A stretch of 64,000 bases of DNA from an uncultured Bacilli bacterium (GTDB lineage: Bacteria; Bacillota_I; Bacilli_A; RFN20; CAG-826), in contig CALVXK010000002.1 of NCBI GenBank assembly GCA_944369075.1, positions 53,011 to 117,010 of the forward strand, read 5' to 3'. The notes beneath the pieces were generated by a model that was not told the origin of the DNA, did not search any database, and saw only the letters and a program-made list of their open reading frames with translations. The number at the start of each line of letters is the position of its first letter. The first letter of the stretch is position 1. Shown piece by piece: positions 37,620 to 45,519 of the stretch. The position numbers were made by a program, and so were the translations under genes.

Positions 37620-38684
37620 ATGAGTAAAAAAGATATTTTAAAAAGAACTTTAATTTTTATTATTTTATCGATTATTTTTAACTCACTTTTATTTATATAT
37701 AAATTTATAAGTGGTTTAATAGGCGATAAATTTTTACTCGTCTCTTCATCGATTAACTTAATAAATCTAATTACCAAGTTAATATGTTATAAAGGAATTA
37801 AAAAAGATATAAACAACGAAGAAGTTACTTTTAATCTTAATAAAATAATTAGAGAAGACTTAGAAGATAAAAGAAATGTTTCACGTTATAACTTATTAAA
37901 CGCAGTAATATCGATTTTAATTATTATTTTCTCTATTTTTTATATCGGTTATTCGTTATATAGTTTATTTGTTTACCAAAGTAATAATTTTAACGAAATA
38001 AACTCTATTATTATGGCTTTAATCTCATTTGTTGAAATTGTAATCTCAACATTTGGCTTATTTTCTTTTAAAAGGAAAGGACATATTTATCGTGATTTAA
38101 AAATTGTTAACTTTATTACTTCTTTAACTTCTATTCTTGTTGCGTCAAAAGGATTAATAATTGTTTATTCAATTTCTTTAGATGTTAATCAAATAGATGA
38201 TTATGTTTCTTATGGTGGGACAGCTTTAGGAGTTATATTTTTTATTATTGGTCTAATACTTATTTTTGCCCCATATTATTCTTTTGAAGATCCAAAAATT
38301 ATGAATTATTCTAAAAATATATCATTTATTAATAATGATTACTTTATTTTAAATGCTAGTAAAAATATAAACGATACCTATTATGAAGGATATATAAATT
38401 TAAAAAATAATAATATTTATGGTCTAATAAGATTTTTTTACGTAATAAAAATAAAAGGAGATGAAATTAATTTAAGAGGATATATATCTTTAAAGAAACC
38501 TATTAAGATTAAAAATAAGAAACTTAAACTTACTATAAATATATTAGAAGTATTTTTGTTCCCAATAACTATTTTTTATTTAATATTTTATTCTCTTGGT
38601 AATTTAATATTTTATTTAACTTCTTTAAATAAAAATAAAAAAGTATCTAAATTACTTCAATATAATCATTATTTAGTTAAATGA
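37620..38684 (+). CDS. Hypothetical polytopic membrane protein
   Basis: At least five hydrophobic segments and a K/N-rich C-terminal region. I recognise no family motif. Confidence 0.5.
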   Translation: MSKKDILKRTLIFIILSIIFNSLLFIYKFISGLIGDKFLLVSSSINLINLITKLICYKGIKKDINNEEVTFNLNKIIREDLEDKRNVSRYNLLNAVISILIIIFSIFYIGYSLYSLFVYQSNNFNEINSIIMALISFVEIVISTFGLFSFKRKGHIYRDLKIVNFITSLTSILVASKGLIIVYSISLDVNQIDDYVSYGGTALGVIFFIIGLILIFAPYYSFEDPKIMNYSKNISFINNDYFILNASKNINDTYYEGYINLKNNNIYGLIRFFYVIKIKGDEINLRGYISLKKPIKIKNKKLKLTINILEVFLFPITIFYLIFYSLGNLIFYLTSLNKNKKVSKLLQYNHYLVK

Positions 38685-39986
38685 TGAATCAACTCTTATA
38701 AAATCTTCGTTTATATTATCTTCTTTTAATATGAATCTAAAGAATAAACTTGAAATAATAATAAGGATTATTGCTAAATAAAAACTTAATTCTTTAAAGA
38801 AATTTAAAGAATAATTACTAATAAATAATAAAGACGATATAAATAAAGTAATTCCAGTAAGTGGAGAATTATTGATTAAAACAAAAAATAAGATCATCGT
38901 TAATAAAATAACAAAAGTTAAATCACTTTGATTAAGATTAATAAATCTTGAAACAATATTAAAGTTAATTGCTCCAATTAAACCTCCTATAACCATTGAA
39001 GGTAAAACAATACCTCCACTAACTTTTCCATTACCAAGTATTGCTAAAGCAATAAGTCTAAATAAAAATAAGGAAATTAAAAGAATTAAACTATTATCTA
39101 AAGTAGGATTAGAAATTATATTTAATATATTTTTACCATTTCCTAAATAATCATAAATAAAATAACCTAAGACTAAAAATATAATAAAATATAAAAATGA
39201 GCGATATTTAATTAAGAAATTATTTTGATATTTAAGAAAGAACTTACGAATAAGTAACGTTAATTTTTTAAATAAATAAGCAAAAATTATCGTAGAAACA
39301 AGTATAAAAATAAGAATAATTAATTCTAAATTATTTAAAAAAGTTAAACTACTTACATTATCAAAGCTAATTAAATGGTTATTATTTATAAAAAATGTAA
39401 CAAAAAAAGAAATAAAAGAGATTATAAGTCCCCTAATAATTAAACTAAAATTAATACGATAATGTAATCCTTCTTCTAAAGAATAGAAAAAGCCACTTAA
39501 AGGAGAAAGAAAGGCTGAACCAAAAGCTGCTCCACTACTTAAAGCAATATTATCTAAATTATCGTTATCATTAAATAATTTATTAATAATTCTTCCTACT
39601 TTTCCACCTAAAGATACACTAGGTCCTTCACTACCTAAAGTTAATAAAGAATAAGAAGAAACATAAGAATTAACAATCGTTAAACCTAGATCATTATATT
39701 GATAATTATTAACTTTTAGTTTTCTTGATAATACCTTTTCAATTAAAGGTATTCCACTTCCATTAACTCCTTTAAAATTATATATAATTAAATAATTTAA
39801 TATCGAAAGTAAAATAACTACTAAAACATTTAAAATGATGTGCTTTAAATCTATTTGATGAAACATATAATTTGATAAATTAATAACTGCTCTCATTCCT
39901 AATTGATATAATCCAACTAGTAGGCCTACTAATAAGCCAATTAATATCGATTCCAAAATATATATAAAGTACTTCTTCTTTAACAT
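38673..39986 (-). CDS. ClC-family chloride channel/antiporter
   Basis: GSGIP and GSEGP selectivity-filter motifs in a polytopic protein. Confidence 0.8.
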   Translation of the reverse strand: MLKKKYFIYILESILIGLLVGLLVGLYQLGMRAVINLSNYMFHQIDLKHIILNVLVVILLSILNYLIIYNFKGVNGSGIPLIEKVLSRKLKVNNYQYNDLGLTIVNSYVSSYSLLTLGSEGPSVSLGGKVGRIINKLFNDNDNLDNIALSSGAAFGSAFLSPLSGFFYSLEEGLHYRINFSLIIRGLIISFISFFVTFFINNNHLISFDNVSSLTFLNNLELIILIFILVSTIIFAYLFKKLTLLIRKFFLKYQNNFLIKYRSFLYFIIFLVLGYFIYDYLGNGKNILNIISNPTLDNSLILLISLFLFRLIALAILGNGKVSGGIVLPSMVIGGLIGAINFNIVSRFINLNQSDLTFVILLTMILFFVLINNSPLTGITLFISSLLFISNYSLNFFKELSFYLAIILIIISSLFFRFILKEDNINEDFIRVDSSFN

Positions 39987-40039
39987 AACAAGATAAAATT
40001 ATGATACATTTTTAAGCCAAATTAAAGTATCATTTAAAC

Positions 40040-41263
40040 ATGAAAAAATTAGAATTATTATCTCCTTGTGGTGATTATGAAAGACTTGTTACTGCAATCC
40101 ATTTTGGTGCGGATGCAGTTTATTTTGCTGGTAAAAGATTTGGCTTAAGAGCTTTTAGCGATAATTTTGATGAAGAAGAAATAATAAAAGCAACTACTTA
40201 TGCTCATGAACATAACGTAAAAGTATATATAACAGTGAATATATTAGCTCATAATGAAGATTTTAATGGCTTATTAGATTATTTAAAATTTTTGGATAAA
40301 GTTCATGTTGATGGTGTAATTGTTTCTGATTTAGGTATTGCTTCTTTAGTAACTAAATATACTTCTTTAGAACTACATGTTTCGACTCAGGCTAATATAA
40401 CAAATGTTTATTCAGCCAAAATGTGGGTTAATTTAGGTGCTAAAAGATTAGTTCTTGCTAGAGAATTATCTTTAGAAGAAATTAAAGCAATCAAAAAAGA
40501 GCTTCCTGAAGATATCGACATTGAATGTTTTGGACATGGCGCAATGTGTATTTCATATAGCGGAAGGTGTCTACTTTCAAATTATTTAACTGGTAGAGAT
40601 TCTAATAAAGGGGCCTGTGCCCAACCTTGTAGATGGAATTATGCTTTAGGTATTAAAAACTCTAAAGATGATACAGTATATTATCCGATTTTAGAAGATA
40701 ATAAAGGTACATATATATTAAATAGTAAAGATTTATGTTTAATCGAACATATAAAAGATTTAGTAGAAGCTGGAATTACTTCTTTAAAAATTGAAGGTAG
40801 AATGAAATCTAATTATTATGTTGCTACAGTTACTAATGCTTATCGTAGAGCAATAGATGATTATTATAATAAGAAAAATCCTAGTTTTGATTATATAGAA
40901 GAACTTCAAAAAACATCTAATAGAGCATTTACTACTGGTTTTTATTATCATAGTGATCATAAGACTAATAACGAAACTTCTTCTTTAAGTCAAACTCATA
41001 AGTATATTGCAGTAGTTTTAGATCAAGATAAAGAAGGTTTTATTAAAGTAGAACATCGTAATAAATTTAAATTAGGAGATACTTTAGAAGTTTTATCTCC
41101 AACTTCTAATTTTGATAAAACTATTAAAGTTAATGAAATTATTGATTGCTATGGTAATAAACTTGGAGAAGTTAAGAAAATTAAAGAACAAGTTTATATT
41201 AAAAGTGATTTAAAGTTAGAAAAATATGATATTTTAAGAATGAAGGAAAATAATGAAAACTAA
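40040..41263 (+). CDS. Peptidase-U32-family Fe-S protein (TrhP/RlhA/UbiU-V type; candidate prephenate-dependent hydroxylase)
   Basis: U32 N-terminus LELLSPCGD ... ADAVYF. The cysteine motif is C(ISYSGR)C(x15)C(AQP)C, that is Cx6Cx15Cx3C. Confidence 0.8.
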   Translation: MKKLELLSPCGDYERLVTAIHFGADAVYFAGKRFGLRAFSDNFDEEEIIKATTYAHEHNVKVYITVNILAHNEDFNGLLDYLKFLDKVHVDGVIVSDLGIASLVTKYTSLELHVSTQANITNVYSAKMWVNLGAKRLVLARELSLEEIKAIKKELPEDIDIECFGHGAMCISYSGRCLLSNYLTGRDSNKGACAQPCRWNYALGIKNSKDDTVYYPILEDNKGTYILNSKDLCLIEHIKDLVEAGITSLKIEGRMKSNYYVATVTNAYRRAIDDYYNKKNPSFDYIEELQKTSNRAFTTGFYYHSDHKTNNETSSLSQTHKYIAVVLDQDKEGFIKVEHRNKFKLGDTLEVLSPTSNFDKTIKVNEIIDCYGNKLGEVKKIKEQVYIKSDLKLEKYDILRMKENNEN

Positions 41264-42701
41264 ACTTAAAGATAACAAGATATTTAGAATTATCATAATA
41301 ACAATATGTGCTATATTTTGCTTTTTTGGTCAACTTATTCCACCTATTGGAGGATTAAGTAGTGAAGCCATTGGATTAATTTTCATATTCCTTGGTACTT
41401 TAATTTTATGGTTAACTATTGGGATAGATTGGCCTAGTTTATTATGTTTATTTGCTCTAGGGTTTATTAATAGTTTTGGCTTTTCAAAAGTAATATCATC
41501 TAGTTTTGGTAATTCAACTTTTGCTTTTCTTCTTTTTACCTTTGTTTGTACTTATGCTTTAAGCAAAACTTCCTTAATTAAAAGAATAGCAATAACCTTT
41601 GTTAATTTTAAACTAGCTAGAAAAAGTGGTTATTTATTTATCTTTTTCTTTCTTCTTGCAAGTTTAATCTTAGGTCTATTTATTTCGCCTACAGTATTAT
41701 TTGTTGTACTTCTTCCAATATTAAATGAAATACTTGAAATATTAAATATAGATAAAAAAGATAAAATTGCAAAAGTTTTAATGCTTGGTCTAGGTTTTAG
41801 TGTATCAATAAGTAGCGGAATGACTCCTATTGCCCACGTTTTTCCAGTTCTAGCTTTAAATGCTGCTGGACTTAATGTATCTACTTTTTCTTATATTGGT
41901 GTTGCTTTTCCGGCAGGATTAGTAATATTTATTTTAATGTATTTTATGCTAATTATTTTAATTAGACCTAATACTAAAAAGATTAATTTTGAGAATATTT
42001 CTAAACTTAAAGAAGAACTTCCTAAATTAAATAAGAAAGATATTATTACATTAATTATCTTTCTTATTGTATTAATTTTATGGATTGTACCTTCTTTATT
42101 TGAATATATTTATCCACCAATTTATGAAATATTTAATAAATATACAACCTTTATGCCTCCACTTCTTGGTACATTACTTTTATGTGTAATTCACGTTAAT
42201 AACGAACCCCTAATCAAAATTGATGAAGCTTTTAAAAAAGGTGTACCATGGGGAAGTTTAATTATGTGCGCTGCTACTTTAGCTTTAGGGGAAGCTATTA
42301 AAAGTGATAGCATAGGATTAATTACATTCTTACAAAATTATTTAGGTTCATCTTTTAAAAACTTGCCTGCTATCGCTTTATTAATTATCTTTACTTTATG
42401 GGCTGGAATACAAACTAACTTATCTTCAAATATGATTACTGCTACATTAGTTTCAACGGTTGCAAGTACTATCTTAATTTCTACTTCTTCTACTTTAAGT
42501 TTAGAAACAACGATATGTATTATTGGTATGATGTCTTCTTTTGCTTTTGCTACCCCTCCATCAATGCCTCACATTGCAATAATTAGTGCAAGTGAATCAT
42601 GCACTACTAAAGATACGTTAATTTATGGATCTATCTTAATGATAATTTCAATAATCATTGCTTTAGTTATATCTTATCCTTTAGGATTGGTTATATTTTA
42701 G
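41253..42701 (+). CDS. Anion permease, DASS/SLC13-like (ArsB/NhaD superfamily)
   Basis: 482-aa polytopic protein with an internal repeat architecture and an SSNM hairpin-tip-like motif. It overlaps the U32 gene by 11 nt. Confidence 0.6.
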   Translation: MKTKLKDNKIFRIIIITICAIFCFFGQLIPPIGGLSSEAIGLIFIFLGTLILWLTIGIDWPSLLCLFALGFINSFGFSKVISSSFGNSTFAFLLFTFVCTYALSKTSLIKRIAITFVNFKLARKSGYLFIFFFLLASLILGLFISPTVLFVVLLPILNEILEILNIDKKDKIAKVLMLGLGFSVSISSGMTPIAHVFPVLALNAAGLNVSTFSYIGVAFPAGLVIFILMYFMLIILIRPNTKKINFENISKLKEELPKLNKKDIITLIIFLIVLILWIVPSLFEYIYPPIYEIFNKYTTFMPPLLGTLLLCVIHVNNEPLIKIDEAFKKGVPWGSLIMCAATLALGEAIKSDSIGLITFLQNYLGSSFKNLPAIALLIIFTLWAGIQTNLSSNMITATLVSTVASTILISTSSTLSLETTICIIGMMSSFAFATPPSMPHIAIISASESCTTKDTLIYGSILMIISIIIALVISYPLGLVIF

Positions 42702-42714
42702 GAGAACACATAGT

Positions 42715-42996
42715 ATGAATAAATTAGAAGAATCAAGAAAATTAATCGATGAAATAGATACTAAAATAATATCTTTATACGAAGAAAGAATGAAAATAGT
42801 TGAAGAAGTTATTAAATACAAAATAGAAAATAATATATCCATTTTAGATTCTTCAAGAGAATCTAAAATGTTGAAAAATAACTTAAACAAAATTAAAAAC
42901 GATAAATATAAGAAATATTATAGTGATATTCTTTCAGGTTATTTAAAAGCAAGTAAAGCAATGCAAGAAGATATTAAAAATAACGTTAATAAATAA
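42715..42996 (+). CDS. Chorismate mutase, AroQ class (monofunctional, 93 aa)
   Basis: SRKLIDEIDTKIISLYEERMKIVEEVIKYK ... SRESKML fits the AroQ pattern R..ID.iD..i..L..eR ... K ... RE. It lies 13 nt after the permease gene. Confidence 0.8.
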   Translation: MNKLEESRKLIDEIDTKIISLYEERMKIVEEVIKYKIENNISILDSSRESKMLKNNLNKIKNDKYKKYYSDILSGYLKASKAMQEDIKNNVNK

Positions 42997-43000
42997 AAAA

Positions 43001-43027
43001 CTTGTATCAAGTATAAATAGATACAAG
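43001..43027. terminator. Hairpin terminator shared by chorismate mutase (+) and tRNA-Leu (-)
   Basis: CTTGTATC pairs with GATACAAG. On the minus strand TTTTTTATTT follows the hairpin. On the plus strand the trailing U-tract is weak. Confidence 0.6.
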
Positions 43028-43046
43028 CTAATAATTTATAGTAGTG

Positions 43047-43129
43047 TGCGGGCGAAGGGACTTGAACCCATACGCTTTCAGGGCACAAGATTCTAAGTCT
43101 TGCATGTCTACCAGTTTCATCACGCCCGC
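43047..43129 (-). tRNA. tRNA-Leu(UAG): tRNA-Leu, anticodon UAG
   Basis: On the minus strand: GCGGGCG acceptor, D-loop AAACTGGTAGA, anticodon stem CAAGA/TCTTG with loop CTTAGAA, a long variable arm, and T-loop TTCAAGT. The T stem has one mismatch and CCA is not encoded. A TATAAT box lies at 43141-43146. Confidence 0.8.
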
Positions 43130-43303
43130 AAGTGATATATATTATAACTGAAATTAAACTTACTTCATAATTATTTTTATCGACTAAATAAACATTTTCC
43201 TCTTCTAATAACGAAATATTAGCCTATACAAGGTTTATATTTAACTTTACTCATACACTATTTGTTAGATTTAATTAAGATTTATCTTTATAATTATATC
43301 TAT

Positions 43304-44206
43304 ATGTTAAAAGAACTTGAAAACACAAAAAAAGTAGGAATATTACTTAATAAAAATTACTTATCTAGTAGTAATATTAATAGTCTAATTACTGCTTTAG
43401 ATATTTTTACAATAAATAATAAAGAAATATTCTTTTACCTTTTTACTAATGATTTAAAAATTAAATCATTAGTAAAAAAAGACAATAAGAATATATTAAT
43501 AGAAGACATTGATCCTACTACTTATTCGGATTATAAAAAAATGTCTTCGCTAGGAATAAACTTTCTTTTAACTTTCAACGATTTAGATTACTACAAGAAC
43601 TTAATTAAAGAAAATAATGCTTTAAATAATAAAAATGAATATCTAAAAAAGGGGATGTTTTTTTCTAATCAAAACGGAATCATTTTAATTAGCGATTTTA
43701 ATCCAAATTTTAGAGAAATTAACGAAATTGAAGATTCACTTTCATCATCATTAAGTTTGTATAAAAAGATAAAGAAAAGTTCTAAAGATGATAAAAAACT
43801 GCGTATTTCTTATTTAGCTTTAGGTGATTTTATTAATTCTGACATAAACGAAATGTTATCTAAACTTTATGAATACGAAGGTTGTATTAGTTTTAAAGAA
43901 CTATTTACAACTAAATCAAACTTCGTTTTAACAGATTCTTATTCTTTATCTATTTTTAATGAGATAATGGATGGACTAAATGAACTTGAAATTAAAAACA
44001 AAAAACATTCCAAAAAGAAAAGCATAAGTGAATATTTTTCTCGTTTAGTGTTTTCCTTCCAAAAAGAAAACGAAGACGATATTAATATCTTACTTTTAAA
44101 GATTACATTATTATTTAATTTTCCTTATCTATTACTTTCATTACCATCTAATTTTAATACCAGTGAATATACAATGGTTTTTAAATTAATAAAAGATTTA
44201 TTTTAA
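43304..44206 (+). CDS. Hypothetical K/N-rich protein with a faint PlsX-like pattern
   Basis: The intact ORF could start at the TTG at 43262 or the ATG at 43304. RISYLALGDF ... NFVLTDSYSLSIFNEIMDGL resembles the PlsX segment RVGLLNVG ... VVVTDGFTGNV.LK..EG. Confidence 0.45.
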   Translation: MLKELENTKKVGILLNKNYLSSSNINSLITALDIFTINNKEIFFYLFTNDLKIKSLVKKDNKNILIEDIDPTTYSDYKKMSSLGINFLLTFNDLDYYKNLIKENNALNNKNEYLKKGMFFSNQNGIILISDFNPNFREINEIEDSLSSSLSLYKKIKKSSKDDKKLRISYLALGDFINSDINEMLSKLYEYEGCISFKELFTTKSNFVLTDSYSLSIFNEIMDGLNELEIKNKKHSKKKSISEYFSRLVFSFQKENEDDINILLLKITLLFNFPYLLLSLPSNFNTSEYTMVFKLIKDLF

Positions 44207-44217
44207 GAGGTTATAAC

Positions 44218-45120
44218 ATGATTAATTTATTTATTGATGCAACAAAATTTAGATTTAAACAAGAAATTTGCCAAGCTTTAAGAATGTATTTAATTAACAA
44301 TACAAATTTAAAGATTGTTGTTTTAGGGCATAAAAATGATTTTGCAACTTTGCTAGATAACAAAAGTTTTAAGTTAGTAGATGATTTAACCCCACTAAAC
44401 GAGCTTAATCAAAGCGAAGAAATGCAAGAATTAAACAAAAACAAAGAGAAAAAAGATTACAATAAAAAAATTAGAGAAGAATTAGAAAAAGAAGCCGATA
44501 TCGTTTTAACTTCTAAAGATTTTTCTTCTTTTGGAACACACACCGATTCAACTATAATTCGTCCATATAACAAAGAAAAAGGAGTAAATCCTTACTTCGT
44601 TGAACTTCCAAAAACTGCCTCTCCAAATGAGATTAAGAATATCGTTAAAGATGTAATTAAAATGTTTAATAATAAACTAAATAAAGAAAGAAAATTAAAA
44701 ATTTTCTCAGTTAAACCATATTCTGAGGAAGAATCTTTATCTAAAACATTAGATTTTTTTAGCGAATATAATGGTGAAATAGAAATACAAAACTCTCTAG
44801 ATTCCGACTTTGATATTTTAGTTCTTGATAATCTATCTTCATATTATTTCTACAATATTATCTCTTCATTATCTGATGATAATAAAAGAGCTGAGGAAGA
44901 TAAAGAAAAAGGCGAAAAATTAAAAAAGAAGTCCTGGCTTGGAAGACTTCTCTCTTTTGATAAACCTAGATCAATTGATACAGTTAATGCTGATTCTTTA
45001 TTTTCTTATTACATTATTGAATTAAAAGATAATAAATATACTGTATATTTAAGAAATTACTGCAATGTAAACTCATTTTTTGCTATTTTTGACTTAATAA
45101 GCAAATTAGGTTCGAAATAG
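44218..45120 (+). CDS. Hypothetical protein, paralog-like partner of the preceding gene
   Basis: MINLFIDATKF ... LKIVVLGHKND resembles the PlsX N-terminal layout but lacks the GGD motif. It also has LKIFSVKPY ... DILVLDNLSSY. Confidence 0.45.
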   Translation: MINLFIDATKFRFKQEICQALRMYLINNTNLKIVVLGHKNDFATLLDNKSFKLVDDLTPLNELNQSEEMQELNKNKEKKDYNKKIREELEKEADIVLTSKDFSSFGTHTDSTIIRPYNKEKGVNPYFVELPKTASPNEIKNIVKDVIKMFNNKLNKERKLKIFSVKPYSEEESLSKTLDFFSEYNGEIEIQNSLDSDFDILVLDNLSSYYFYNIISSLSDDNKRAEEDKEKGEKLKKKSWLGRLLSFDKPRSIDTVNADSLFSYYIIELKDNKYTVYLRNYCNVNSFFAIFDLISKLGSK

Positions 45121-45454
45121 CTTCAGGAACTTCTTCTGTTGAGTTACCTGTATCAAGTTTAATTAATCCAAAATAAAATAAAAGAACAATAATTGCTATT
45201 TGAACAAGGGTTAAAACTATTGAAGAAATCAACATACGGTATTTATGCACGCCATCTTCAAATCTAATTTCTGGAAAAACTAATTCCATAATTAATAAGA
45301 CAGGAGCACCAAACAAAACAGAGACCAATATACAATCGATGTCTCTAATTTTTCTAGTTCTTTCTTTTCTAAGATATCGAATATATTGAATAGTTATAAG
45401 ATATGTTCCTAATAAACATATAACCATCAAAGTAAAAAATGTATAAATACTCAT
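45083..45454 (-). CDS. Small membrane protein (3 TM), uncertain
   Basis: Hydrophobic ORF starting at the ATG at 45454. Its 3' end overlaps the convergent gene by 38 nt. No promoter of its own is visible after the upstream terminator. Confidence 0.35.
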   Translation of the reverse strand: MSIYTFFTLMVICLLGTYLITIQYIRYLRKERTRKIRDIDCILVSVLFGAPVLLIMELVFPEIRFEDGVHKYRMLISSIVLTLVQIAIIVLLFYFGLIKLDTGNSTEEVPEAISNLICLLSQK

Positions 45455-45470
45455 GTGAATTACCAAAAAT

Positions 45471-45493
45471 AAAAGAGCTTGTTAAGCTCTTTT
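45471..45493. terminator. Terminator after the Mgl-type ABC operon
   Basis: AAAAGAGCTT pairs with AAGCTCTTTT, flanked by T-runs on both strands. Confidence 0.65.
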
Positions 45494-45519
45494 ATTATAA
45501 ACTAAATTTAATTTAATTT

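Noticed and set aside
37562-37777. A 71-aa minus-strand ORF overlapping the start of the 37620-38684 gene, and a 69-aa ORF at 42681-42890 antisense to chorismate mutase.
   Set aside because: Both have extremely low-complexity Ile/Lys/Phe-rich translations. Both overlap better-supported genes, and neither has an RBS.
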